Shown here piece by piece: positions 13,798 through 28,934 of a stretch of DNA of 64,000 nt. The stretch covers positions 25,792,001 through 25,856,000 of the forward strand of contig OZ260665.1 in NCBI GenBank assembly GCA_965285935.1. The letters are read 5' to 3'. The position numbers and the translations under genes are program-made. This DNA is from Ophelia neglecta. Lineage: Eukaryota. Under the pieces are notes generated by a model. The model was not told where the DNA came from. It made no database searches and saw only the letters and a program-made list of their open reading frames with translations. The stretch's first letter is position 1; every line of letters starts with the position of its first letter.

Positions 13798-16700
13798 TCT
13801 TTAATCAATTACTGACTAAAAAATGCCCAACTATCAATTGCTGAAAACAAAAAAATAGCAGAAGACGTTTCCTAGTATTCACTGCTGCACTGTTTGGAGT
13901 TAGGCTATGAGAGAACAATAGCATAAACCTACCCTAACGTGTCAACTCGGTCCAGGCCCTCAGTGCGTAGTAGTAGTTGTGTATAAATAATAATGGAATA
14001 GTTTAAATTTGTTTGGCAAAGAAACTTTTAATGCTTTCTCACTATTCCAATGTAAAAGGTTAGACATATTGACAAATTTGACCACTCAGCATTCGATTTT
14101 AGATCAATGGCATTCCTGTTGGTTTAAGAATTGTTCCGCATGCTTATCAAAGAGTAGATGATAGATTTTCGACAAATAATTCCGTTTCACGAGCGGATAC
14201 AATTAACATTGTATTGAACACAATACCTCTTTAGACAGGTCATTCGTCCTTTTTTTCCATCAATACGCATTTAGACAGGTGGCCTCCTTTTCCCTAAAGA
14301 AATGGGTTTTGATACTATAAACTTTAACTACCTAAACATTACAAACACGCTTATAAAATATCCAATGATAGGAACTGGCTTCAGATATGGTATACTTACT
14401 TTGGTTAAAAGCAGGTAGATTTTGCTTTTACTTGTCTGTGAAAATCGTCTTCATTTATTAGCTATCATAAAAGTGAATTGACCTTACTGGTAGCTAAACG
14501 TATACCAAAATTAAATATTCAACAATAACAAAATTCAAGTTTATATAATTCCTCGAAAAAAATAGAAATGTATTATAGAGAATCGTATGGACATTCTATG
14601 AGGAAATGGACTTTGATATTGTGATGGTACATCCTTTCCCCTTCCCAAATTATTGTTCGAAACGAAACTTCCGCGATTAATTCATAAAACGCTTGATAAT
14701 GCTAACGATTCTCCCAGTGAAACTACTGTCCCATTCATTAGTTATTTGAAAAAAACAGGTATGAATATCCAAGTCAGGATATCCACGTCAAAAGTACAAT
14801 AAAGGGGCTCTCAATTTAATAGATGGCAGGTGGCTTATATTGACGAAATACTAACACACTAGTTAACTTTTATCTTTTTAGGAAAGATCCTGATGTTCCA
14901 CATTGCTCGAGGTCCTACGTGAAAAGGTTGTTGCGGTAATAATCGGACCTTCGCTTGGGGAAAACTGCGCTAACCGTACTTATCTTTGGAGAGGCACACC
15001 CAATAAGCAATAAGGACCACAGCTTCGAGGATAAATGAAATTACCACTTGCGAGGCAAAAGAATATAGGCCTCATATGACTGGTGATACCTATATTCGTA
15101 AAAAGCAATGGAACAACCAATACAGTCAATCAATACGTCTTACGTGATGATGTGGATATATCAGAATGTTGATAATTGAAGAAATGTATTTCTTGCATCA
15201 ACTTCAAACTCTGAAGATTACTGAACAGCCAAATTATGTATATCTCTGAGACTTATGGCATGAGCCGTCACGTCCAATCAATGTTTAATGCTAAAGACAA
15301 AGCCTCTACTTAAAGTCATTGCTCAATAAGCCGTGAGCCTTTTCGGCCAATCAAGCTTTAATGTTAACGACAAACTTAGACAGTCGGCAACTGCTCTACG
15401 TGGGGTGACACTTCTCTGCCAATCAATTTTCATTGTTAAACCGCGAGGAACTGCGCAATTTACCTCTTATGAAACGACCAACATAAATTCTTAGAACAGG
15501 TTTTACTCGTGCCTGAAATAGACTTCCTCCCACACTTCACCATATTGTTGTTAAGGAAGTAACACAGCGTTGAGTCGCTCTAAAAATTGACTGCTCTCCC
15601 CGCAGTCATATATAAGACAACAGCCTTATGCAGTCAATAAAATTTACATTGTAATTAATTCTTCCTATCAAATGAAATACAATGTTTAGCACCTCTGCCG
15701 AAGGCACCAAGGCAAGTACTTTAGACAGCGACCACAGCTGCTGTCGACGATTCAGCACAAATGTTACTAAATTCGGAACCTTTTTACTTGACAAACATCA
15801 AGCAGGAACCGATTTGACTGGTCTACAAATTGCATTCGCCGATGTCAAAAAATTAATGATATTCTATTTGCGTTGCATTCACTTTTCTCACTTATAAGCT
15901 GCAAATTCATTAGAAGATGGTGATACTACTTGCCTTTTTGAGCCATTGCTTGATAATTAACTTGTAAGACAAGATCACCTCTAACGACGACGGTTACTTA
16001 AACCCTTGATAAATATGATTATACATCACCGTTTCTTGAAATGGATAAACTCTTCATGGAGTTTTCAATTTGATAGCAGTAGTCTATATGGTCGACGTAG
16101 CCCAAAATGGAAAGCTGTCGATTTCATTTAGTAGGTATGAATAAACAATTTGATATCAGGCAATGAACCAATAAATAATATGGTAAATATTGTTAGCTTT
16201 ACAAATGGGGCATGCTGAATCAAAATATGTCCTTCGAACTTATGTAACTAAATAGAAAGTCTCGCGAAAGAGAATTGTGAGATTCATGATCCACGTGATT
16301 GTTTCCCACAATAATTGCTGGTTATAGGATTTGAGAATCCTCAATCTTCTAGGACAAAACGTATCGCAAGAAGATTGTGTGACACTTCTAGTGCGCCACG
16401 TAGTCATCTGGAAAAGGCATCAAAACCAATGCAAAAGTATACAACATAGGAAAACTCATTACCCGTCTGAAGTGGACAACAGCTTTCGCAGAAGGACTTG
16501 GGCCACGATCATTACTCATTTGATACTCTTTAAAAATTCATTTTATACTATTTCTTTTTTCGGACAATAATTTGGCTCGGGATTATATTGGAAGGGTTCT
16601 TCTTGCAATTGACAAAAATTCCAAGATTGGCATAAATTAAGATATCGCCATGATTAAGCTTGCGGTAAGATTGGGCAAGATGGTGAAGGTATTTGTCTTT

Positions 16701-17495
16701 ACCAGGGTTGGAAAAACCCGCCTGCCCGTCGGCCCGAGGCCGATAAATATTGCATCGGGCCGATACACTTCTCACCTAAGTGGCCCTGCGTGCCGGTGAC
16801 CTGTCAGTGACTGATTTCATTAACTTTTTATGATTTCCTAGACAAAAAAAGTTGAATCTTGCAACTCGTGGATATAGCTTGCTGCTGTCATGCATGTTTT
16901 TACCTCTATGGAAGGAGCGATCTGATTGCCCTAGCCGGGCATGCCCCTGATCTCTTGGCCAATCACGCTGTTTGTAGCTCCTGACCTCCGGCACTACCAC
17001 GTTTTGAATCAGTTCACCGTTGGAAATTTCTCTGCTCTTCTCCACAGGTACGCGAGTCAATATGCTACTACCTATATTAACTAAAGGTTTGCAACTCCGC
17101 AGTTCGCCCAGTATCAACACCCCACCGCTACACTGGAAACTTGAAACTTCCCTGCATTAGGTCCCCGATATCGGGCCTTAGTCGTGTTTACTCGGCTGCC
17201 AAAAAAATGCCATTGATATGTTTTTATTAGCAAACATTTTTTTCTTCAACTCCGCAGTTTAACATTTTAAAATGTTTGCTAATAAATACATATCAATGCC
17301 ATTGATATGTTTTTATTAGCATTTTTTATTAACATTTTTTTTATTACACGGCGCTCACAAAATAAGAGAAAGCGAATTGCCAAGATTTCGATATAGTAGT
17401 GCTCTGTTTTACTGTATGTTGTTAAGGGAACAAACATTCCAGGTTTTAATTCCGTCGGTACAAACACTCTTTAGGAACAATTTTTACTTAACACA

Positions 17496-19173
17496 CAGGG
17501 TCTCTACGGGACAGGGAAAACAGGGAAAACAGGGAATATGGCAAAAAAAAATTCCCTGCAGGGAAAATTCAGGGAATTTGATTTTGGAGGGCTGAATTCA
17601 GGGAAAATACAGGGAATTTCATTTGGGTGTGTAAAATTCAGGGAAAAATCAGGGAATTTCATTTTTGTGAAATAAAATCACAAAAAATGTGAGGATGATG
17701 AGAAACCCTACAGCATCAGTAATTTAATGAAAGTAATAAATAGCTACTGGTGATTTCTAGTGCATTTTCTAAACTCTTCTGTTTCTGTAAGAGTCCTGCT
17801 TATTTTCTCTTTTTTTTTAGTCAACCATGGTAAAAGACCAGTTAAATACAGTTACATGTAATAACCTACTATAAAATACTGTTTTTCCAGCTTTGTTTTT
17901 GTACTGTGCAAGGCACTAGAACTCAAAACGGAATTGAGCAACCGTTGCTCCAGAGCTCATTTCATGTATATCAGAAATGGTGATGCTCCATGCACCTTTC
18001 GATATTATCAGGGTATTCAGAAGTGAGGGTTTGTTATTTTCTGGGATATATTGCAATAGTGTATAAGACATTTTGGTAGTGCTGTGTTGCATTTGCTTTC
18101 ATAACATTTCTGATATACATTTTCTTTAATACAGAGTCTTGCCTAGTAGGCCTAGTTCTCATAGTATGCATGCTACATTTCAGGTGGAGGTTGCTCAGTA
18201 TGCTACTAGATTTGTGATTATTTCTAAATTCAAGTAGACTTTGACTGGGAACCAGTTGATCTTTACCATCATGTCAAGCACATTCAATCTTGCATGGCTT
18301 TCACATCCAGAATACATAGGCTGGCTCACATCTGCACCTGATAACCCAAATGCTGCTTTCTGCACAAAATGCCAAAAGATTATTTCTTTGAGTAACATGG
18401 GTAAGAGGGCTATCACAAGCCATATGACTTCAAAGAAACACCAGCAATCTACTAACACTAAGAACATTGTAGGTATTTCTGCCTTTTTCACCAATAAGGC
18501 CAGTTATCCAACAGCTTGCTCTAGTACAGCATCTTCATCAAGTTCCATACCAGCTGATGAGATAGGGATTCAGGAACAGTCTTTTCAATGTACTGAAGGT
18601 GCAAGTAATGTGCCACTACAGGCAGATATTGAGTGTGGACAAGAAGATATACCTCATCCACCAGCACCAAATGTGGCTAGATATCTTCAGACAAAAGAAA
18701 CCAGGAAAGCAGAAATACTCTGGGCCCTCAAATGTGTCATGAGTCATTTTGTCAAACCTTGAATTCACCAAGCAGTATCATTTTATGCAATATATTGTAA
18801 TAAGCAATCTGAAAACGATATGTTTCCACAGGTTTTATTTATTACTGGTCAAAATTTATTAGGTTTTACTGTCTTTTAAGCTTGAAATTTTGTTAGGCTT
18901 GATGCTTAGTACATGTATGGTTGATTATGGTGTATTTGGAGGTGAAGGCAAGGCTATTGGGGGAGGCTGGAGGCCATTGCACACAATAAAAAGCATGATG
19001 TGACAAATGTTAATTTTGGTATTTGGAGTTGAATGCATGCCTGTTCGGGAAGCTAGAGGCCATTTTACACAATGAAATTATCAAAAATATCAGACAGGGA
19101 AAAATCTGGAACAACAGGGAAAAATCAGGGAAAATACAGGAAATTTCTTTTTAAAAAGTGTGTAGAGACCCTG
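17496..19173 (+). mobile_element. Internally deleted hAT-superfamily DNA transposon with 6-bp TSD
   Basis: TIR CAGGGTCTCTAC / GTAGAGACCCTG; AACACA on both flanks (17490-17495, 19174-19179); many subterminal CAGGGAAAA/CAGGGAATTT repeats; truncated BED-finger transposase inside. Confidence 0.85.
18271..18762 (+). pseudogene. Truncated transposase N-terminus (BED-type zinc finger)
   Basis: WL...AFCTKCQKIISLSNMGKRAITSHMTSKKH and AEILWALKCVMSHF are typical of hAT-like transposase N-termini; the ORF stops before any DDE domain. Confidence 0.75.
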
Positions 19174-22100
19174 AACACAGAAGATAAAAGCTAAAATTTG
19201 CTTATTCACGATTTTTTGGCCTTATAATCGTCTAACAACTCATACATCATCAGTGTCATGGCGTGTCTTGTTGGACCAACAATTTTTTGTAAAGGATTGA
19301 CTTCATTTATATGTTCAATTACTTTAAATTTATTACTTAATATTTGGCTAGGCCCAGCTACAAAGCTAGAGACAACTGTTTGGTTGCAACATTGGTTGCT
19401 CGCCATAGAAATCAGTATTATTGTCTTTCACCTAGGTGAACACCCTCTTGTGACACCGAACTCGTGCATGTCTGGAGGCAGCTGCCTCCTCTTGCCCGGG
19501 ACCACTTGCAGGTCTTGCCCGAAATAGTGTCAGGAAAACAAATGTCTGACGCACGATAATGTGATTGTCAGCAAATGTCACCAGTCGCTTCCATTTATCT
19601 TCACAGATTATGGTCTTTAGACCTAAGGGAAAACGAAAAAGGCTTCGTCCGATGTATCTATAGTATTGTTGTATCAACATCTGCGGCACCTTTCACAGTT
19701 ACATTTGGATACAGGTTGTGAAGTTTAAAGGTTGATGAAAGTTAAAATGTTACAGGTCTTTATTATCATTTTTCATTTTTCTGAATACTTACATGAAATG
19801 CGCAAATAATCAAATATTCCTTCAATAATGGAAGCAAACGACCAGACTAAATAAAATAAGAAATGTGTAAGTCGCCAGATAATGCATAAATGATTAAAAC
19901 GGATTATTCACGAGTAAACAGACCACTGAAAGGGCGGCAGATGTAGAACATATACCACTGAATGGTTAAGTTTTCGAATACACAATTAATTATTCATACG
20001 TATTTACCAATCTGACAGGGCTTAAACAAATGGGACTTTTTCTAATCGAACCAACTCAGAATGTCTCCGACTGACAAACCAAAGAACTGACCAATAAATC
20101 AGCTTTCAAAATGAAAGTCCACCTAATTGGTTCCAAGTATAAAAAACACTACAATTGCGCACCAAAACCACATTATGTCCTTGCTGAATAGCTAAAAATA
20201 AATCCTTTGTCTAACTTGAAAAGATTGAATACATAGTTTCTGAAAACCTCTTGCGAAGGGGACAAAAACGGAAATGAGAAAGAATCAGATAATAATTGTC
20301 GCACATTTCCGCTGCTGCAAACCGTCCCAAGACTCCTAGAACTGCCGCGCCGCGCTTCAGGATAACAGAATCCCAGTTTCAGGAATGATTCCGGTACATA
20401 AAAATGGGCATAATACTCAATCATGGGGTAGACAACAGTTCAAATGCTTCAACGTCTTACTCTTAGAGACAACCCATTTGAAATCAGCTTAGGGAATACT
20501 AATAGCTAATGTATAGGGACAGACAAAATGATATAGGGTTCATATACGGATCGTAGGGGCAGGCAGGGGCTGGGGGACTTAGTACGTACAATGGGCTTAA
20601 TAGCTCAGAATGATCATTTATATTAGCTGAATTAAATCCATCAACTATTGGGTGATACTTTGAAAGAATTTTTCTTCACTAGGGCCATTTTTTATTACAA
20701 ATGTCCATACAAAGCCATTATATGAACACATGAGACATTTTGTTGTTCATGTGCGAAAATTAATCATTAGTTCTTTAAATTGGTGATTATCGTCGATGTA
20801 ATGAGCCAAAAGGTGATGACTGTCTAAAGGTATTCATGTCTATAATGAAGTCTCCACGTTCTTCCTACAATGTCTCTAACATATGGCAGCTTTTCCGCCT
20901 TATAAATTGTCAGAATTGTGTGTAATGCCCTTGATATTAAAAGAGGAAGACCCGTTCTATCACATATTGATATGCATTATTGGATCATAAGTATGTAAGA
21001 GAGTTGAAGAAATCTCCATTTATGTTATCCAACTTCAAAGTGCACTATGTGTCTAATCGATCTCATAAGTTTATGATCAGAATGAGTCATTTAATGTTTT
21101 TTAGCAAAATTAATCAATTCCGATTTCATTCCACAGTACAGAATGATTCCCGAAGTCAATGTTATCTGAGCTAAATGTCTATTTCCTATAAATTCCTCGT
21201 TTTTTAAAGTAAAACTTCATGCCTCTATATCGATACTCATTTTGTAATATCAACACTGTCGGACAACAACAAAAACGGTCTAAGTCTGAACAAGCTGAAT
21301 TTATTGTATATAATTGCAGAAGGAATCGGCCAAGTCGTTAAACTAATGGAAACTTTCATTTATCACCAAATGTGCTTCATCGGTTGGGGAAATAATAGAA
21401 CTTCCCGAAGAAGTTGTCAATATCAGATTTCGATTAAGGTTTGAATAGAACTTTTTTTTACTTAATTTGAACACTCGTTTGTCAGAATAAAGTTAAGTTT
21501 TTGTTTCATATTTTTTCCATATGTTTAAAGTGGCTAGTGCATTTTGCGAAAAAAAAGTTATCAACATTTTTTGACCTGTAAAACGCCCGCCACATTGAGC
21601 CGTTTTTACAGTAAAAGGAAGGAAAAAATTAATTAAAAATATTTCCTTTAAATTATTAATGACAATCTCATGAAGAAATTATAGGCCTAGCATGTCTAAA
21701 GCCGGTTTGACATGACAAACAATCATATGTCCTAGATATTTTTGGTTTTGCAGTTGTGTATGGCAAAAAATATTTTGAAGCATAAAAATGGGTTCATTTG
21801 TGGAAGACTAAATTGCTAACTTAATCCTAAACACAGGGATACGATATATATCATAACCCATAGCATTACACTTTGAACTCTTTTATTAAGCATATTAGAT
21901 TCGAAATGTAAGTAACATATACACATTAAACCGACAAGATTGGCTAATCGTTATTTTTTATCATGCAAGTGAAACAGAGAAAGCAACCAACGCAAAATCG
22001 ATTGCGCGGGAATTTGCATACACATCGCGGTAATGTAGAGCGGGTGGGTAACGGGGGAGGGGGGATTCAGATTCATGTCATGGAGGAGGGATCAAAATGT

Positions 22101-25100
22101 TTGACTTCAGCTTCGAAATACTCCTAGCAAGTGCGATAATCTGCAGTTTCTATCTGTTATCCCTGCAATATATCCACTGATCTCGAACAGGCAATGGTGC
22201 ATATAGTCCCCTGGCCACCTAAAACCCTCACTTCGATATGCAAAACACATTCAGAGGCAAAACCAATTGAACGAGAATTGTCAAACTTAATACTCTTAGG
22301 ACAGGCTGAGGGATGGGGTGGAGTATTATTACCTCTTAAGGGCGCGAGGTGGAAGGCCGATTATATACATAATTATCCCTTTCTTACGCAAGGGGGAGGG
22401 ATTGTCAAAGTTTTCTTCATTCTTCCGAACCCTCATGAATTGGTTGTCTCTTGACTTAGAGATAATTATTTTAAATGAATTATGTTAACAATCCCGGTGT
22501 TATGATAATGAAAAGATTCTATGATTATGAGAAACAGTTTAAGGTCATGAACTATGTACATTCGACACTGATCCAGGATATTTATGTTATTTGTTTTCAG
22601 AATCAACAACGATGTGGGTAGGCCTTTTCATAGAAGAATATAGGAAAAACTAATCATTTTGTCGCAGATATTGACAAGTAAACAAAAAAGATCTCGGGAC
22701 AATTGGTTGATATGCCTAATATATTTTATATCAGAAGCTACATCACCCATGATTTCGTCCCGTTCAGCAAATTCTTAACACATGTACAACTAAGTTGACT
22801 AGCTGTTAGAAGTATTTGGAGCATGTTTAAGTTATTGAATATGATATAATCTGCAGGGATCGACATTGATATGCTTATTTAATTTAAGGGTTTGGTAATA
22901 CTCTAAGCAGACATAAGTCGATACACCAGAATTATACGATATTAAGCACGATAGAATTGATGCCAAGCTAGATAAATCTCGTTACAAACATGTAAGTGAA
23001 AATTGACATTGAACCCCCCGAACATTTTGAAAACAGTATATTCAACACAAAAATAAGGTAAATATAGGCATACTGGTCATGAAAACGGTTTATTGAAGAA
23101 TACTCTCAGAAAGGTAGGAATCAAAAAATTCATATTTGGGACTCTTATTCGACGGCTTATACGGGCATTATATCAAGCGAATACCTGATTCTGTCTCCTT
23201 TTACTGCATGTGCATGGCAATCATACCAGAAATACAACATTACATTTTAAAATTATAAAAGTAACCTTTTTGAAAGGTTTTTATCAAATGTACGTAATGT
23301 AGCAACATTTTTATACAAACTTATTCGAAATTTTTCATATTCCTGTGATTGGTCCATTCCTGCAACTGCAGGGCCGCCAAGTGGAATACATAAAATGGCA
23401 TGTACATTTAGAACATTATTATTTGGGGAGCTAACTGAGCAGTTCAAACGCTTATATAGTAAAGCTGCTGCGTGGTGAATTTAAACTGACTTTTAATTTC
23501 CACACGAACTTCTAAGAAAGTAATTAAAGGCAACAGCCAAACAAGGCGTAAGAACACAGTTAATCCTGAGTGAGTGAGATTTGTTCCGAAATGACACAGC
23601 TGGATCTAGGCACGGCATGTAAATGTTCTATGAGGGGTCCCACTTGCCCATCATGTGGTTTCTTTGTCGCTGTGACTTATGGAATCTCGGTTCCAGTGCA
23701 ATAAAGGCACACCAAGCAGGGGCAAGTGCTGCTGATTTGCCTTTTTCTTGTGAAATGACAGTCTGGCGCTGGCTGTGATTTATCGTTTTCGTCGTGTAAA
23801 TTTAAATCTTTGCTGCCTGCCGTTGATGTTCAAAAAGAAGCGAAACTATCCCTAGACCCTATTATTAAATAAAAAGTATATCGCTTTATGTGATAGAATC
23901 TCCCGACAATGGGCTTAGGAAGTGAAAAATGTATGATCTTCATAATCATAGAATGTTTTTCACAATCATAACACTGGGATTGTAATCATAACCCATACAA
24001 AAGGTTGATTTATAAGTCAATGGACGATTAATGTTCCATCAAAAGATAATGGTGTTTTATATACTATTGTTATCAAGGAAATGACATCATTTCATGGGCG
24101 AAAATACAACGATGGAGTATAATAATAGAGTGGGAAATGGTTTGACGCCCAATTGATCAACTCCCACCCCTTCCTTAATATCAGCCACCCTATCAATCCG
24201 CTCCTGCCCCGGATGTCAGTAAACACCAGTCGGGTATTTGATGACCATCTGACATTGTGAGTTCTGATAGGCCTAAGCCTATGAACAAAAACGAACTTTG
24301 TTTTTGCTTATAGCGCAACTTTTTATTTGTAGACCAGTCTCCTAGGCAGACACTTGGTGATTAAATCCAGGCTTCTATTTTCGCGTGACACTAATCATGG
24401 AGTCTCGACAATGATAATTCGAGTCTCGAGCATTTCATGGATCAGATCTAGTCTGCAGGTATTAACTAAACCATGGCTCAACTTTTCCCCAGACAAATTA
24501 CGAACACTCGTCAGACAAGCGACCCAGACTGCACTTCTAAATTACATTGCTTTACTATATGGTAATGACATTGGTTATCGGCTCAAGCATAAACCCATTT
24601 ATTACTATTAACATTTGTTGTTGTAAAAATATGGCAACCTCACAATGAAGCATTTAGTTGCAATAGTTGGCTGATATAATTGAGTACAAACCAAAATTAA
24701 CATGATTATACAATAGCAAGGTCAATATAGCAAGAATTTTATGGTGACATCAAATTAGAATATAGATATTTGAGATGTTCAGTCGCGTTAAGATATTTAT
24801 GTAGGCTTATATAGACAAGTCCTGGGGGTGGGGTGGGATGGGGAATGAATATTCTACTTGGAGCATCACTGATAATAAACTCTGTCTTACATAACATAGG
24901 CCTAGTACAAAATCTAATGTTTTTAATTTATTTATAGCTTTTAAAGTGGAAAAACAAACCACTTTTAAGAGTGAGGTCGAAAATTGATTCAATTTAGCTT
25001 TAATGTAACCGCCGGAGGCCCTCAAATGGAGGACGAGAGAAATGACATGCAAAAAATGGCTTTTAAATAGCGAGCATAATATTGGGGGCTAACTTACGGG

Positions 25101-26199
25101 TTCTAGATGGCAGTGTCCCTCCCCCCCCCATCCCCACCCAAGTAGCAAGTTTATATATCAAGCGTAAGCATATTACCCCACTCTCGGCCCTTAACTGGCA
25201 GTCTGTGGCCATTGACCCCCGTCCAGGTTATTCTATACCTTGAGTTAATCAAAATAAGTAACGCACATGTAATACATGCTCGTTTACGTTCTATGTCGTC
25301 TGAAAACATGATACTGGACATGTTTTTTACTTTTAAAAAGGCTAGCTACCGACCATAAGGGTGCTACAGATTAACATAGAACCTGAGAGATGAAAAATAG
25401 GATAAATGGTTTTGCCGAGGGAGAAACATAGCCTACACTTCCTTGTCTGCGCTGTATAAGAGGGGGGGGGGGGGTGTGTGTGAAAAATCTCGGCACCAGG
25501 TTCATGGACATGGCCCTGGTCCCTGATCTTTATGAGTGGACAGGTCATTGTTCACTCCCAAAAAACATGTACATACATAGGATGACAGTTATCATTAGGC
25601 CTACCGAAACGGAGATAGGGGCCAATTGTCCGAACATGAAACATGGACCGGGGATGTAAAATCCCAGGATTCCAGACCGGTTCCGTAACATACTATGGAT
25701 ATTAGACCGGTGGACTTTAAGCGTTTGAAGACGAGACCCCTAACAACCCAATTTCATGCCTGCCTAAATAGCTAAAATAACAAATTATATAAAGGCATAT
25801 GTACAAAGAGAACACTTGATGCTTCTTCAGGCATTATCACACTGAAAATGCTCTCAGCCAACTTTTAGAGTGATTATAGTCGATCAGAAAAGCCGACCCT
25901 TAGTTAGGGAAATTTGTTAAGAAGCGACCCTTGGTTAGGGACATTAGCTTAGAAATCGACCCTCCCACCCGCACACGGTTAGTATAGGCCTAGTATTGCC
26001 AACATAAGAAAAGTGGCCACACCCTTGAGAATTTCACAGGTCAGTCCCTTAGGAGAAGGCTACGGACGTGCGTTTCCTTCTTGGATCCTGTACAAGACGT
26101 CTGCATCCTTTTTATGGTAAATTGATGAGGTTCATGTAAGTCATACCACACCACCTGATGCATTATACAACGTGCAGGGTCACCGTCGCCCCTTGTCAG

Positions 26200-26426
26200 G
26201 GGCTTTGTGTTAACAGCGAAAGCGAAAGGTGCGGCGAAAGCAGCATTGGTAGCACAATAATCCATAATATCCGTCCTTTTATAACCCAACCCTCACCCAA
26301 ACATCTCGATTTTGTTCTTAATACAAGGGGTTAAGGGTGGGGTTATTATTGTGATCATACTAGCTCATTTTAAGAGGCCCAGCTGCTTTCGCCGCAGCTT
26401 TCGCTTTCGCTTTTAATACAAAGCCC
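26200..26426. mobile_element. MITE family A, copy 2
   Basis: TIRs of about 45 bp, GGGCTTTGTGTTAACAGCGAAAGCGAAAGGTGCGGCGAAAGCAGC / GCTGCTTTCGCCGCAGCTTTCGCTTTCGCTTTTAATACAAAGCCC; homologous to 9633-9857. Confidence 0.8.
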
Positions 26427-27719
26427 TTTTCTGACCACTAGACTTTAAGCGTGTTCATGGTAATTAAAATACTCCCTTCCATGCCTTGTCTAATTTTGCT
26501 TTGTACAGCTTCCGATATGAGACTGGACTTTGTGCCCTTTAAAACAATTATTGGAATGGTACGTTTCCAATCACGTGTACTCATATCGGCAAACTGTACA
26601 ACAAACCAAGTAACATGGAATGCTGCAATTTTTTGGCGCGAATAGAGACATCCCTAAGGTCAGAGGCAGACGAGATCTGAACCCGCTTTTATAATGATCC
26701 CCGAGCGACATAGTGATCAGTCCAAGGTTACTATACGCAGGGTACGTCAGTAACTGATACAAGAAACCTGAATATGATTCAGGTCAAGTGTTGCCCCAGT
26801 GCCCCATGCGCACTTTTAAACAGTTAGTTCGCAAGATAATGGTCCGAAAAACGCTTATAGCTAAAAGAAAGAAAACAGGGTACTTTGCGGTAAATATGAA
26901 GGCATGAACACATTCTCGCCCCTCGTGTTAGGCAAAATAAATAAATAATAATTGATGGTATGTTATATTAATAAATAAATGAAAAAATTATAAGATAGTG
27001 AGCTAATATATGAATATAAGGGTGTTTTCCTTGTTTTGGACTTTTTTCTGATCATGGTGTCAATTAAACCAAACTAATACTTTAATAAATTACTACTACA
27101 GCAACAATTAACCACCTTCGCGAACTGAAATCATACAAAAATTTCCGCCAAATTCGTCAATATTTAAACCTGCCCATAGCGCATTGTTTATGAAACGTTA
27201 TATATAATATTTAGGGCAGTCGCGACAAGGATTTTAAGCTTAAATTTAGCATCTGGGTCCAACGAATGCCTTTTACTTTTACAACTTAATTATATTTAAG
27301 GATGTTTTTGCTGATGTTAACACTGAGAAAGGTCTGATATAATTTTTAGGTTAATTGGTATTTTTATATATTGAGATTTTACTTATAAATATAGGTTTAT
27401 TTGCTATTAAAGGCCACCGACCTCCAGTGCTTCTGGAAATACATGTATACAGTACAAAAACATACAAGATCACAAACACAAATGAACAAAAAACTGATAG
27501 GCTGCAGCTTCCTAAGTGCCTCTTCCCTCATTTAATTAGGCCTATAGTCAAATCCGTTCATATATACATAAAATGCATTCATAAATGACCTTTTTGAAAG
27601 TAGGATATAAATGAAAGGTGCTGATAAACATAATGTTATTATCACCTTATTTAAAGGCGATATTTGAACAATCGCTGTTACACCGGTTATGTGCGATTCT
27701 GTAACTTGGTTTTAATATT

Positions 27720-28626
27720 TCAAATATTGCAAAACGACCTTAACTAATTTTATTGAGGTCATTATTAAAGTTTGCTAGTTATCTTATTACACAGATTGTA
27801 GTAGGTTCTATATGACCTCAATAATACTGCAAAACGACCTTAACTAATTTTTTTCAGAACATTAATAAAGTTAACTAGTTAATTTATTACACAGATTGTA
27901 GTAGATTCCGTATGACCTCAATAATAATGCAAAACGACCTTAACTAATTTTTTTTCAGGTCATAAATAAAATTAACTAGTTAACTCATTACACAGTACTA
28001 GTTAACTTATTACACAGATTGCAGTAGGTTCTATATGACCTCAATAATTATGCGGGTCATTAATAAGGTTGGTTCCAGATGACCTCAATAATAATGCAAA
28101 ACGACCTTAACTATTTTATTTTCAGGTCATTAATAAAGTTAACTAGTTAACTTATTACACAGATTGTATATAGTTATTACATGAATCATAACACAAAACT
28201 TCAAGCCAATATCATCTATACTTTCGAATATTTGATAGAAAATGTTTTGTTTTTATAAACAAATTAATTGTTTTAACTAATTAATAATTATCCGAAATTC
28301 ACCAAAATTTATCCAGTTCTTTCCCTCAATAAGGGATATGGCTGTGTCAAATTTGAGAAAAATGTATCAAATATATTTTGTGTAATTGCAGTAAATGCTT
28401 TTCTGACATAATAAAATAATTGTTTAAACTAACTAATTAATAATTATTGGAATTTCACCAGAATCTAATCAGTTCCTCCTCTCAATAAGGCCTATAGCTG
28501 TGTCAAATTTGAGAAAGATGTACGAAATGGTTTTTGAGTTATCGCGTTAACAACTAAAATCTGCTGCAGCGGCGGCAGCGGCAGTGCTGCTGATTGAATA
28601 ATATCCACATTTCGAGGATATAATTA
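27720..28626 (+). mobile_element. Non-autonomous Helentron/HINE-like element with internal tandem repeats
   Basis: 100-bp unit (TGCAAAACGACC at 27728, 27828, 27928, again at 28095), 156-bp unit x2 (GCTGTGTCAAATTTGAG at 28341, 28497), a GCG-rich microsatellite and a terminal hairpin ATATCC-N9-GGATAT. The repeats are seen; the family assignment is inferred and the left boundary is uncertain. Confidence 0.55.
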
Positions 28627-28886
28627 GTCAAAAACCTAGTTCGTCATCTAAGTAACTTAGTCAAGTATCTAGCCTTTATTAGTCACAGACATCCAATAAG
28701 TTACAATGACCAGAAATGTACCTGTGGGTATATACATCTCTGCAATGACTAGATTATCAATCTGTCAACTCTAAAGATTTAGTCTTTCAGGTAACTAAGT
28801 CAAATGCCTAACTTTAATTAGTGACAGACACTTCAATAAGTTTCAAAATATCAAGTTTGTCAAACTGATCATGTTAGCTTTCTGAT

Positions 28887-28934
28887 ATTAAACTGTATCA
28901 ATGAAAGTTAATTAAACTGTATCAATGAAAGTTA
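28887..28934. repeat. 24-bp tandem duplication
   Basis: ATTAAACTGTATCAATGAAAGTTA x2. Confidence 0.9.

Noticed and set aside
16640-16810. hAT-like end (CAGGGTTGGAAAAACCC...) and a similar one near 44715
   Set aside because: No matching opposite TIR or TSD was found; probably repeat relics, but not delimitable.
20474-20489. CCATTTGAAATCAG resembling miR-29
   Set aside because: The seed region does not match and there is no obvious precursor hairpin.
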